Shown in pieces: positions 41,831 through 54,750 of a stretch of 64,000 nt of DNA. Numbering within the stretch: position 1 is the first letter of the stretch; the number at the start of each line of letters is the position of its first letter. The notes below the pieces were generated by a model. That model worked only from the letters and a program-made list of their open reading frames with translations. It ran no database searches and was not told the origin of the DNA. This DNA comes from Euprymna scolopes. Taxonomy: Eukaryota. The stretch lies in assembly GCA_053919585.1 (NCBI GenBank), contig CM132800.1. One strand, written 5' to 3'. Both the position numbers and the translations under genes were made by a program.

Positions 41831-42884
41831 TTTAGATAAATAATTTTGCAGTTTTAATGAAACATCTACTATAATATCCGAGCGTCTCCATTTATACTGA
41901 ACATCTATAGAATGCCAACAATGTGGAATTGCAATAGGTTCCGCTATTATGCATTAATGTTTTAAATATTATTTTTTAACTTTTATCAGGTCTAAAATTG
42001 TGCACATGACTATATTAGAAAATATGGCGAACAACAATATACAAACAATACCGAGGGAATGGCACTAATTTATACGAATATTTAATAACATGCTTAATGC
42101 TGTCTATCCAAAGGGAGAGTACTTTATTATCTATATTATCTTCTACCCGATTAAGTCAAGCGATTCAACTAATGCGAAATAATATAGTGTTCACCAAAAA
42201 TCTACGTTTATTTATTGATGATAGACAAATTCGAGTTTAGATATCTTTTACTGAAAGAGTTAAAAGATGAATACAGTAAACGATTAGCACACGACATGTT
42301 TTATGATATGCCTTGACTGTTTCATTCGATGTCATTATTAAATACCCTCATGGCGTTTTGATGGAATCATTTTATTTTTATTCATTATATTATTTCGTTT
42401 ATACATAATTATTCTGACGCCCGCAATCGGAGATCCGATTGCGGCTCGTGTTTAAATGAATATGCAGTGTCGACTTATTTGTCCGGTGGCTATTCTCATA
42501 GAATAAAGCCTTTCCCGTTTGGTGATGGTGACTCGGAATAATGATCGGCCATTTTACTCTCGTGCTTGACGCGCATGCGCTGTAGGGGATTTATTCAGCT
42601 CATTAGACTTTTGTTCAGTATTTTCATTCGTATAAAAATCGTTTGCACGTAATCCGGATGATAATAAAATCTTACTACTNNNNNNNNNNNNNNNNNNNNN
42701 NNNNNNNNNNNNNNNNNNNNNNNNNNNNNNNNNNNNNNNNNNNNNNNNNNNNNNNNNNNNNNNNNNNNNNNNNNNNNNNNNNNNNNNNNNNNNNNNNNNN
42801 NNNNNNNNNNNNNNNNNNNNNNNNNNNNNNNNNNNNNNNNNNNNNNNNNNNNNNNNNNNNNNNNNNNNNNNNNNNNNNNNNNNC

Positions 42885-43243
42885 ATTGATTCATCATCGT
42901 GTCCCCATAAAAAAAGTGTGAAACCAAATAGCCAAGGGTCAAACAGGAAGGAAAGCCCGAGGAGAGAGTGCTGATCTGACCTGCGCTGCACAAGCGCGAA
43001 GAGAACTGTGACTTTGGGGAGGCTTAGTGCCACTCAAATTCCAGTACAGACCAATGGCCGCTGCCAACGAAAAATCAACGGTGAGAGGCTGTTGCGATAA
43101 CGCAAATTTTTTTGCAAATGTTATCGAAAGAAAGTGGCGAGTGCTGGACGTCTGGGGAGACTTGTTGTCACTCAGCTTCCAGAAAAAAAACACAGGTTTT
43201 CAATCAGACCTATGGTGAACTGTGTGAAAGCTCCCTGTTAGTC

Positions 43244-43300
<57 letters not shown>
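42885..43300 (+). mobile_element. Non-autonomous retroelement or R4-type LINE 3' end with (AAT)n tail, copy 1
   Basis: Aligns with 44890-45210 and ends RVLDVWGDLLSLSFQ..gtgaaagctcc..(AAT)n. Confidence 0.7.
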
Positions 43301-43303
<3 letters not shown>

Positions 43304-43484
43304 AAGAAGAAGACAAAAAGTGTTTGCACGAGGAAAAGATATTTTAATCATATTATAGGCATCAAAAAGACAGATAAGGATGTGTGGATAGTTTTGTCTA
43401 AAATAAATTATTTATATTTATTTAAAGAATAAACAAGCTTTGGACTTATAAAATAAGATTTAGAAAAATAACGAGAAAAACATT

Positions 43485-44256
43485 TCTATCAATATCTCCA
43501 GTATTATACAAAGGTTCCAGAATCGCTGATTCCATGATTTTTCCAATTTCACGCGGAGTTAATTTATATGTCTGACAGTGTTCTTAGATATATTTTATCC
43601 AGAAATTTATATGGTAGTAATTGAAACTTTAAAAAATCCAATCTTAAAAATAGCATTTTTCCTTTTATAGAAAAAAAAAAGAGTATTTGTTTCAGAAGAA
43701 TACTTTACGTTGCACCGGCAGGAGAGTTAAGAACATTTTGTACAAAACATATCGTCTGAAAATCTAGATTTATTATAATCTGGAGATATAGCTTCTAGTA
43801 GAGCATTCGGCTACTGATTGGATGATCCTCTGGTCAAGCCTTAATGTGCATCATCATATTATTTTAAGTTTTTTTTCTTATTAATGATTTTAATTTCCGA
43901 TAAAAGACGAGATACCCTTTAAAATTTGCCGCTTAATAATTTCTTTGTTTGCATATTTGAAAACTAAACATTTATCAGAAGTTGCTTTTCCAGAGTATTC
44001 AATGTTAAGTCAAAATATCAGCTGATGCCATACTGTAAACAAACACGGGCGGAATTTGATGAAGGACATTATCATTATTATTTATTATTCATTTTTTCTT
44101 GCGAATTAGTCTACTGGATAAATTATGCTGCCTTATATATAATAATCGATAGAGGATTCGTTCTATAATAATACATGCGAAATCGTCATAAATTAAAATA
44201 TGTTTCAGCATTTTGTACGACCGCGCAACGTCGGGAAACGCCGGGCAACCCGCTAG
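43485..44256 (+). mobile_element. Non-autonomous Helitron-like element
   Basis: 3' end tcgggaaacgccgggcaacccgCTAG (44253-56). The subterminal region aligns with 41700-41830. The 5' boundary is approximate. Confidence 0.65.
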
Positions 44257-44797
44257 AAAATATATATTTACCTGTATTTTACTCCTGAAAATAGAGATGC
44301 GATTAGGGGGCGGGAGTCCTCCAAATGAGTACTTTGGATTGATGTACAATTAGTCAAGTTTGTCTAAGTCTGATTTCTTCGATGAAAAAAACTCGGGCGA
44401 TTGATAATTAAAAAAAAGCTCATGAGAAACAACGAATTAATAACTGAAAGTACTGCTTCCTACAAGTGAAGAAAGTCATATTCCATTGCAATTAAAGTCT
44501 GANNNNNNNNNNNNNNNNNNNNNNNNNNNNNNNNNNNNNNNNNNNNNNNNNNNNNNNNNNNNNNNNNNNNNNNNNNNNNNNNNNNNNNNNNNNNNNNNNN
44601 NNNNNNNNNNNNNNNNNNNNNNNNNNNNNNNNNNNNNNNNNNNNNNNNNNNNNNNNNNNNNNNNNNNNNNNNNNNNNNNNNNNNNNNNNNNNNNNNNNNN
44701 NNNNNNNNNNNNNNNNNNNNNNNNNNNNNNNNNNNNNNNNNNNNNNNNNNNNNNNNNNNNNNNNNNNNNNNNNNNNNNNNNNNNNNNNNNNNNNNNN

Positions 44798-45210
44798 CCG
44801 CGTTTCTATAAGATCTCTAAAATCCCTCATTGCCACATCACTGACCTCCCCCCCCCCAAAAAAAAAAGAAGAGACCAACCAGCTACATAGAGTAAAGGAG
44901 GAAGTACAGACCGAGGAGAGAGCACTGGCCAGATCTTTGCTGGATGAGTGCGAACAGAACTGGGACCTTGGGGAGGCTTATTGCCACTCAAATTCCAGTG
45001 AAGCACAATAGCCGTTGCTAACGAAAAATCAATGACAAGCAGCTGTTGCGATGACGCAAATTTATTTGCAAATGTTACCGAACGAGGTGGAGAGTAATGG
45101 AAATTAGGGGAGACTTGTTGTCACTCAGCTTCCAGGGAACACCACAGGCTGTTTCCAAGGGGAGATATTTGATGATCCTCTGTGAAAGCTCCTTGTGATC
45201 CAATAATAAT
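44798..45210 (+). mobile_element. Non-autonomous retroelement or R4-type LINE 3' end with (AAT)n tail, copy 2
   Basis: Homologous to 42939-43250. Confidence 0.7.
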
Positions 45211-46541
45211 AAAACGCCGACTTCAAATTGCTACAGATGGTGTCCACAAAAAGATGAAAAGCTAACCTTAAATTCGCTAAACTATTTATGGGTGGAATTT
45301 CAAATCAAAGTATTGAGGATAAGGAACATGAATAGCACTGAAACTCTAAGTTAAGGACCCACGTGTTGCACTGTATGTTTGACCAACAATGAGGAACTTC
45401 GTCGTCATCGTCCATCTGCTAGAATGAAGTGGAGGAAAGAAGATAAGGCAATTATGGTGTGTTTCATCAATTATGATGAAACTGAAAAGCCTATTAGAGG
45501 GAACAAACAACACGTTTACAGAACGAGGAACCTTTCAATCAACATTTCAGGCCGTGGATGATCACGGAAGAACAATAGGGAAATTGCTGTTTATCAGAGC
45601 TGGGATTGGTGACTAGAAAAAGACAGAACGCAGGTGTAATAAGAGGATGGCACGGCAAACGAAGATGAGCAAATGAAGAAAGAACAAAGACTCACGTGAA
45701 AGCCGTGGCTATAGCATATAACACGGAGCGGAAACAAGGGGCGTGTTAATCAGTAATGATTACCAACGTGATGATGACAGAAGAGACAAAGGAAGTGAGA
45801 GGGATTGATAAAAATTTTAATGAGATTATAATGGAAGGAAAGAGAAGTAATGAAATAATGTTTAGAAAACTAGATAGCCAAAACTCTGAAGATAGAAAAA
45901 GGACATAGAAAAAAGGATGTGAAAGGCAAGACCATCATAAAAATGCCGGACAGTTTCAAATTGAAAGGCTCTTGGACAAGATGGATAAAAACCTTACCAA
46001 CATACCTGAAACGAGTACCTGTAAACTTGAGTGACTGAAGCAAGCGGGGACAAAAAGTGTGCTAAGAGAAAACATATAATGACATTGCGGTTGATAACTA
46101 TCGATCTTCCTTCCTTTGGTGTGCAAACTACTGACAGACATTTTGACAAATGAGATTTACCAATACATGGAACAGCAAGTAAACTTAGACGAGGTAGTAG
46201 AGAAACCAAATAGCAGTTGTTTACTGATAGGACACTATTTTGGAATTGTAAAAGAACATTGATAAATCTGTGCATGTCATGCATAGAATACCGCAAACTG
46301 TATAACCTCTTCCTACATAGCTGGACTAAATAATGTACAGAAACATTTGAAATAGCCCCTAATATGCAAAGTTTCTTTGCAAAAGTAAGAAACAACGGAA
46401 GTTTTCATTGACATCAAACGGAGAATAACTTTGGGAAATTCCTGTGAAGAGAATGATTTCTCAGGACACAACATGCCGCTATTGCTGTTCATCATAGTAT
46501 GGTACCTTATCATTCATATTACGAAAGGTAAATGCGAGTTA

Positions 46542-47266
46542 TCTTCTATTCTTTCTATCTATCATCTATCTATCTTCTCTATCTATATAAATAAAATGAA
46601 CTCATTTTTTCCCGTGGGATTTTGACCTTAATAGGATTAAAAATCAAGATATTTCATGCAAATACATTATGCACAAACGGCAGAACAATATCTGAGGTTT
46701 GTTATAGGCTTATTAGTTCTCAAATTCCTCGATAATCTTAGATTTCTATATTTTTTCTGCTGAGAAGTCACGGCCAAAATCGGTTAAGATCAATGGAAGT
46801 GGTAAAATATTTTCTCTCTTAAAAATTCCTCCTCCCCCTGCCACCACTTAACACCGTTTGGAGATCGTTCACAAGGAACAGTTGAGAAGAGAACACCGGT
46901 TTGGCTTCGTAGTTCTATCATGTGAAGTGATTTAAAATCACTAAACTAAGCTGCAGTTCTCTGTGGTGTAGTGGTTTGGGTGCTGGACAATTCACATTAT
47001 ATTTTCACGTTCGCGCCGACCTACCATAGTGGGTTTTTTTTCCTAAACAACTGGAATGGACTTTTCTTGGTGGCCGAACTGTTAACGTTGCAGATGTTTT
47101 TTTTGTTTTTTTTTTGTTTTTTTTCACACTTTATTTTCCCACTTTTACTCATGACTCCGGGTTTGATCCTTCCTACTTACCTACCATAACATTTTTTAAA
47201 ACTCCCTCCCGTCCCGGAAACAAACAAACAAACAAACACTCGGGCAACGCCGGGTACCCCCGCTTG
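46542..47266 (+). mobile_element. Non-autonomous Helitron inserted in the LINE RT
   Basis: A|TC 5' end with (TCTA)n and a 3' end cgggcaacgccgggtacccccgCTTG|T. Removing it rejoins the LINE as ..gcgagtta|tgag.. with no TSD. Confidence 0.8.
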
Positions 47267-47739
47267 TGAGTGAGTAAAAATGGAGTACCGGATAAACTAT
47301 TTATTATTTATGGATGACTTAATGTTGTAAACACGGAAAAAAGACTTAATAATGTATACACGGAGAAAAGATCAGTTAACTATGATTTTGAGGACTGTCT
47401 CAATGTCCAGTAATGGCATATGTATGGGACTTGGCATAAACAAGTGTTGCTCTTAACTTGCAAAAAAAGAACATTGATGCAAGTGAAGTGATAAACACTT
47501 CCAATAGGAGAATTATAAAACGCGTTGCGGTAGAAGGTACACTTATTTAGTATTAGTAGAATTAGATAAAATAGAAAGAAGCTGAAATAAAAAATATAAT
47601 ACGAAAAAAATATACAAGATAAATCTACGGTTGGTTCTTAAGTCAAGATTGAATAAGAAAGTCAGAAGTTATATTTCGATATGGTGTGAGTATTATTAAA
47701 TAGAAAGGAAATTAGCTGAAATATTTTGATAGAAAGACA

Positions 47740-48319
47740 CGGTTGGTTGTTGGTTGTTTTTGTTTTACGGCATATCAACCATTTTCCGGTTATTTTATGT
47801 AGTACTTACCAACACAACAAATGCCCTCGTGTTTGTGCCTTGTATAGGCATGCGCGATAACAAAACTTGGGTTTTTATAAGCGGAAGTCTCGAGGTTGTC
47901 AGGAATCTACAGGCGCATGCGCAAGAGAAGGGATTGAGATAGTGGTATAAAGGCAGGTCGAGTGAGAAGGTCGTTGTTGTTGTTGTCATTGGACGTTACA
48001 GTGACGCGTGCGTTAGCAGGTGATTAAGAGGAGGTTTATTTTTGTGTGTCAAGTCGAGCACCTCGGTGAAGGTCATATAAATCGTTCACCTCGGTGAAGG
48101 TGAAGGTCATATTTAATGCCGAATCCAATGATTTTGAAGAAAAAATGTTTAATAGAATATATTTGTTTTGTTCAAGTTAGTTTCTATTTAACCTTTTGTT
48201 GGGGTCCTAACAGAGTGGACCTGGGTGCAATGGCAATTAAAGAGTGGCTCCATACTCCCCAAAGCCCGCAAGCTGGGGTCTCACCATCGGATATAGTTTA
48301 AGATCATATTCAGGACTGT
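47740..48319 (-). mobile_element. SINE-like retroposon, copy 3, with AAGACA TSD and an internal insertion
   Basis: TSD AAGACA at 47734-39 and 48320-25; homologous to 38450-38716. Confidence 0.8.
47796..48109. mobile_element. Putative solo LTR inside the SINE
   Basis: 314-bp insert flanked by a 5-bp TSD TATTT (47791-95 and 48110-14). Ends are TA...CA and there is an internal TATAAA box. Confidence 0.5.
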
Positions 48320-51300
48320 AAGACAAGGAAAACGACGACAAGGAATGGTAATTTTCAACTAAAGAGTGATGTCGATGAGGTCTGTTAAAAAAGAGGAAGA
48401 TCGAGGAGTGATAATCATAGAAAGATGCGGAAAAAAATAATTTCCAACTTTTTTAAAAGTAAAACTCGTAAGCATCAAGGAATTTATGACAATAAATGAA
48501 CAGAAAGAAAAAGGCAAGTAGTTTGAGATATAAATGCACGATTAAAATGTAGTGATCTACCAGAGGCAGTGGACGAGGTAAACACCGGGTGATGTTTGTC
48601 AAAATATCACGCGAGGCTTGGGACAGAAACACTAATATGTGGCGCACAGGAGCAAGCACTCAAGATAAAATATCACATGAATAAAACGGGTGAAACAACC
48701 TGTGCCGACTGTTTGAAAAGAGAAGTTAAATTGTACATACTGCATATAGTTGTGAAAAGTTTACTGAAAAGGAGTACAGAGTAGCGTCATGACAAACATT
48801 AAGATCAATTAGGGTGTATTTAAGAAAAGAGGGTTGGAATAAAAAAGAGTGAAGAGAGTGAGAAATATTAGTAGCATATTCCAGAATAGATGATGCAGAT
48901 TAATAAGGTGGAATCTTTGGGCAATATGAATGTCCAATGTGATAATTCGTTCAAAAAGGAACTCATTGATATATTAGTAGCAACTTAATGTGAGGGGGGA
49001 AAGAAAAGCTCGATAGATACGAACATTTTAAAAGGCAGATTAAAAGGTTGTAGAAGTTGAAAAAGGTAAAAGTTGTAATTGCTGGGATGGGAGACCTGGT
49101 AATATGACAAAAGGATTTAACAATTGAATTGAGATAATTGGAATCTATTTGCAACGTTGGAGTACTTGTTGCGAATCACCAGAATCTTGCGGGAAGTGCT
49201 GGGAACCTGAGAATAGAGGATATTGACAGCTTTTTGGCAGTTTGTTATGATCCACCCATTAGCATAAAATCGATAATAACAANNNNNNNNNNNNNNNNNN
49301 NNNNNNNNNNNNNNNNNNNNNNNNNNNNNNNNNNNNNNNNNNNNNNNNNNNNNNNNNNNNNNNNNNNNNNNNNNNNNNNNNNNNNNNNNNNNNNNNNNNN
49401 NNNNNNNNNNNNNNNNNNNNNNNNNNNNNNNNNNNNNNNNNNNNNNNNNNNNNNNNNNNNNNNNNNNNNNNNNNNNNNNNNNNNNNNNNNNNNNNNNNNN
49501 NNNNNNNNNCAATATACACATAGACATTTAATATGGTTAAATCAGCCTCGGATGATAACTCGGAAGAATTCTCTTGAATAGTAAAAACGATAAAGAGTCA
49601 AGCACATTGTATATGGCACATTGTCTCAAAGGTGGTTTATTGCCGCCCAGATCAAAACAAATATTAATTTAGTCTTCCAAAAATAAGTTGATAGTATGCG
49701 GTAGTGTTTTAAAGACGTTTCGAGTACAGTACATCTGAAAGAAAATTCTTGTTAGTTAAAATAATTCACCTGCATAATCACATACTTCCTCTTATCATAT
49801 TTATCCTAATAATTTATTAAAAATTAACAAATTATGACGTTGCTTCTAAAATATTTAACCTCAAGTTTGGCGTGCTTATAAGATGTTGATTTCCTCCATT
49901 TTAGTTCATTAGACTCAGTTTCGGCCTTTGAATTGAGATCAGAAGCTAATAGCCGTTCTCTGAAAGTAAACAGACACATAGATTTATAAGCTGTTGCAAT
50001 TATTATTTTGCCCCATCCAGGGTGCTCATTTTGGATTGCTTGCATGTTCAAGTTTGTGTTTTATGCTTAATTTTGTTCTACTAAACAAACATTAAATAGC
50101 GACGAGATTAGGATCTTTTAGCTTGCATCTATGTTTATTTTTTATTTACGGCAACTTAACCCGTTTGATACTTAACGCTTGAAATTCATATTATTAAACA
50201 TTTAATCCATTCTAAGTTGTATATAGATCATTTGAAGATGAGTATTTTAAAGGTGTATGTAAACGTAATCGACGTCCTTCACTCGTCCAGTTTTTTTTTT
50301 TTTTTGTTTCTTTTTTTTTTCGTATGATTGTCTTGCCGCGTCCATCTTGGCTTCGGATACATGAAAAAACACGAAATCAGAATATAGTAAATATAACATC
50401 GTTTGTTTTACAATACATGATTTTTCTACATTTTCTTGGAATTGCTTACTGATAACCCCAGATAAAATAAAATCTTTATTTTTAGTCGTTTTGTTTGATC
50501 TCTATAAAAATACTTTTAAATAAAAATTAGCTTAAATATTGATAGTTAAGCGCTATGCTTAAATGTATATTATATTTTTCATAAAACTGAAATGTAGTTG
50601 AATATAATCATCCTTCCCACACTTCAACTCTTCTGAGTTAGGTTTAACACTTAGATGGAGAAACTGTCTTCGAATTTTCTGGAATTCTATAAAAGCTTCT
50701 CTACTTATGCAAGACAAAAGAACAGTGGTGAAAATGATCTTTTCGACATGTCTCTTATTTTCCCTTACTCTAAATTTTCTATTTTCCTTATGTGCATGAG
50801 TAATATTCCTGGCAAATACAGAAGTAAACCCCGTCTTGTAGTAAACAATTTAGTGTAAGCAATATCTAAGGATGGCTTGAATAATTTACTTTGTCTATTC
50901 TTATTTCTAATAAAGTTTATCGTCGGAAAAGTTTACCCTGGGGGAAAAGTTTAACTTGGGCTGTCGATATCTCCCTCAAAATTTAGTGATTCGAACATTA
51001 GAGTAACTCGCAAGTAGTTTATCCTATCGGCTGTTATAAAATACCAGTGATGCTGCATTGCAATTCTGTAGACGGAATCTGGATGAGGAATTAGTTCGCG
51101 ATAAGGCCTTTAAACCCCACATTTTGTGAAATGCTGCATTTTATTTCATTTCTTTATTAATTTAAAAATATTATTATTTAATCATCTCCCTGCGTTCTCT
51201 TCTTAACCTCTTTGCTGACTTTTTTACACACATCTTGCAATCGCGATATAATAAATTATGAAACAACCTTCAGCGTAAGCACAGATCCACAGCTTCTATT

Positions 51301-51407
51301 GTAGCTCTTTACAATCAGGTATGTCTTTTCCATAATTAGAAATACACGGTCTAACTCTTTGGAAATGAAAGGTAATTTATGTATATAATGAATGAATATA
51401 GTGAATT

Positions 51408-51470
<63 letters not shown>

Positions 51471-53450
51471 TTGTATGTGTGTGTGTGTGTCTTTGTTATT
51501 TCCGTGAAAAAAAACATTTACTTCTCAGTTCTGATAGAATTTTTTTCATAATAACAGGTTACTCAAACATGATGTAAATGTCCAACCCTTAATTTCGTCA
51601 TAGTCATCAGGACATCGTTTTTATATGATATGGACACATCATTTGATGGCCTTTATGTTGTATGTATTTCCCTGTTGCAGGGATCACAACACCTTTTTGG
51701 GTTTTTTCTATATCTCCTATTGCCGTAAATATTAAGCAAATATCCGACGCCAGTTACAAGGTACAGTCGCTCGACCTTTTCGTTAGCATCCATCTATGTG
51801 ACATATTTATCCACCACGTTAAATAGCTTGTCCACTCAAATAAGATTGGTGATAGATGACTTTTCTGCCGCATTAGAGATAAGCCAACACAGGCATATAT
51901 TGCTGAGAGACATTTCAGTTAAGAGTCAGGTGATTTCTAGGGCGGTAGAATATTTTCACTTTCTTAGCAACTTTAACTATATATTAAGTTTGACTTTTCG
52001 GAAGAAGGTAAGTGCTCGAATGTTATTGAAAATTTTTAAATACGTTTTATTTCGGTCGGGGATCAATTGATGTTGTTGCTATAAGACCAAAACTGCACCC
52101 TCCTATACCCACCAGCACATTTCAGTACTAACGTCTTAGACTGTGACATAAAAAGTTCTGGACTAGTTTGAGATTTTACTGGTCAAGTTTGATCAGTATA
52201 TCTATGGTCAATGTAGTGAATATATTCAATAAACCACATAGAGTTTATATAATACACTTCGAATAAAACGAAGATTTACAAATTTATACTATGAATGGAA
52301 CATCTAATATATTTCTGGTGGCCAACTCACAAAGTCTATTCATTCTTTTGAGTGTTTTATTCATATATTTTCGTGTGTAACCATACAAAATGGTACAGCC
52401 GTTAGCCGTGCTGACCTCGTCTATAGAAAATGATTGTAACCTTATTCGATTAAATCATTCAGTTGAATATAATGAAGATATGAGGTAACCTTTATCACAT
52501 AAAAGTAAGCCAAGTCTACAATCTAAAATTCACAAGAATCATGGCGATAGTGTATATCATTTGTACTGCCCTCCCTAGCACAATAGTCCGAGAAGATACC
52601 CAACGCGATTAAAGTAAAATTACGTTTAACCTAACATAGTGCGTGCGTAAATTCCAAACTAAAAGAATTTCCTTCCATGGTATAACAGCGTTTTTTTTTT
52701 TTATTTACTTGTGGTTGTAAAATGAATTTACCATATAGGATGGTGGTTACGATAATCACACTTATATTAACAGATATTCGCACACAAAAGATGCAGAATT
52801 CCGAGTCGAAAAGCTGAAAAGTCATAGATACATTTAACATTGACATATCCAATTACTGATTAGAAAATACACCGTCATAGTTAGAGCAAAGAACATTTAG
52901 ACTAGAACGACTAATCAGTATTTATAATACAAGCTGAATTTATATGCTTATTTCGTGTATATACGTAACCGCATGCAAGCCTGCTACGTTACTTATGCTA
53001 ATTGGGAGCAGCCGGATATCTCGATTGAATATTAAATTCACCAGCATACTTTAGTTGCATGTGCATCCTTGCAAAGGGAGATGTATTTTACAAGGTTCGG
53101 TTTTTCGGTTATTCTCCCATATTCAGCGTGATGTATTCGCAAATGATCATCCATCTGACAGCGAGTAGGAACACTCTAGGTGAATTCAGTGTACAAATCT
53201 ATATCGGGGTAACATACTTATGACGCGTGTGGCTATGTATGTTCAATTCCCGCCTTTCATATTTTAAAATAATTGTCAGAGTTGTTTGGTAGGCAAATGT
53301 ACATGCACATACACACACNNNNNNNNNNNNNNNNNNNNNNNNNNNNNNNNNNNNNNNNNNNNNNNNNNNNNNNNNNNNNNNNNNNNNNNNNNNNNNNNNN
53401 NNNNNNNNNNNNNNNNNNNNNNNNNNNNNNNNNNNNNNNNNNNNNNNNNN

Positions 53451-53828
53451 ATTGACACACCGGTTCTCGTCAGATAATCGCAGTTAAGCAACGTTGACAC
53501 TGACCACTACCAGATGGGTGCCCATTTGAGTACACTAGGTGCTGTATATACCGCGCCGAATCGTACAAATTTCCAGGTTGGTATTTTGTGGCGCATTCAT
53601 TCATTTGGGGAGATGCACCTCCAGTCTTTGTAAAGACATTCATCTAGAAGAAAGAAACTCTGATGTACAAACCTCCAGTTTACTGTATACTATGTTATGT
53701 GGCAGTCATCTGCACCGACAAAGATTAGCAGCAATACCAAGATGTGCTTGGTTCTACACAAAGCCTTCACCACAAAAAATGATTTCCGAGCAATTAAGTT
53801 GTGGCGAAAACTCATGCGTCAATATCAC
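53451..53828 (+). mobile_element. 5S rRNA-derived SINE (SINE3-type), copy 2 (flanked by gaps)
   Basis: ttgacacaccggttctcgtcagataatcgcagttaagcaacgt...agatgggtg...ggtgctgta closely follows metazoan 5S rRNA. The body aligns with 37160-37455. Confidence 0.85.
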
Positions 53829-54343
53829 NNNNNNNNNNNNNNNNNNNNNNNNNNNNNNNNNNNNNNNNNNNNNNNNNNNNNNNNNNNNNNNNNNNNNNNN
53901 NNNNNNNNNNNNNNNNNNNNNNNNNNNNNNNNNNNNNNNNNNNNNNNNNNNNNNNNNNNNNNNNNNNNNNNNNNNNNNNNNNNNNNNNNNNNNNATACTA
54001 TTTACTGACTTAAAAACAGTGGGACAAATATAATGGAAACAAGCTCGTGTGTATCCTCTCATCTTAAATAATAATATTCTACAAAATAACCACCATCATA
54101 ACTTATTCTTACAGTGCCATTATCTTACACTTATACATCTCTTATCTTCGAGTGGATTTGCTCTTGATAAATGCTGACACCTTTCTGAAAAACGACTGAA
54201 AAATTGCTATTTGTCCCTGCTCAGGGAAAGTGTATTAGACTTTTAACTGTGCATATATGTTTTGCTTTAGGTCATTAACTGGGCATATATGTGTTTACTT
54301 AGGTCATTACAAGAGGATTTAATCTGCAGCACATATAAATATA

Positions 54344-54750
54344 CACGGCGTTTCACATTTTCACATTAAATATCTCGAGGACTCTTAAGGATAGATACAC
54401 GCATCTGGTATATTCAGAATGTTTGTTAAATCAAGTTTATCATGGAATGTTCTAAACTCTTCTATGTACGCCACATTGGTCACACGACACACATCAAGAC
54501 GATAGTCCAATTTTTTTCAAAACTCTACCCAGCATTCTCTTGTCAAGGGTGGCAAAAGCTTTTGTTATTCATGCATTCGGCTCATCCACATCTCTTGGAA
54601 TAAAGGGGCTACTAAAATCGCAGGGTGTGTCGAATCCAGATGTCTGGCAGAGTTGTGTTCAGAAACTGTCTAGCACTGAGGTGCCAGTATGGTGATACTC
54701 CATCCTGTTGAAAAATGAAGCCATCTGCCTCTTTCTCAAGCAGATATGAG
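54344..54750 (-). mobile_element. Tc1/mariner (maT/rosa-like) transposase C-terminal remnant with one TIR
   Basis: Translation FIFQQDGVSPYWHLSARQFLNTTLPDIWI, TPCDF, LDYRLDVCRVT, with a TA|CACGGCGTTTCA end. Confidence 0.75.

Larger units (their letters stand above)
45370..49282 (+). mobile_element. Near full-length decayed R4/Dong-type non-LTR retrotransposon carrying nested insertions
   Basis: Motifs occur in the expected order: RMKWRKED.AIMVCF; LPLVCKLLT; INLCMSCIEYRKLY..HSW; INYLLFMDDL (RT active site); DRKTRK; ETLICGAQEQAL; CRL zinc-knuckle remnant; REL-region remnant; RILREVL; then an AAT tail running into a gap. Confidence 0.85.

Noticed and set aside
42554-44890. Long ORFs of 128-159 aa
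   Set aside because: Their length comes from runs of N translated as X.
51770-51990. Possible mariner C-terminal remnant on the minus strand
   Set aside because: The YSPDL-like and DKL..WDK-like traces are too degraded to support without an alignment.
53451-53546. Functional 5S rRNA gene
   Set aside because: It is diverged from 5S, has no oligo-T terminator right after the 5S end, and continues into a body shared with the dispersed copy at 37 kb.
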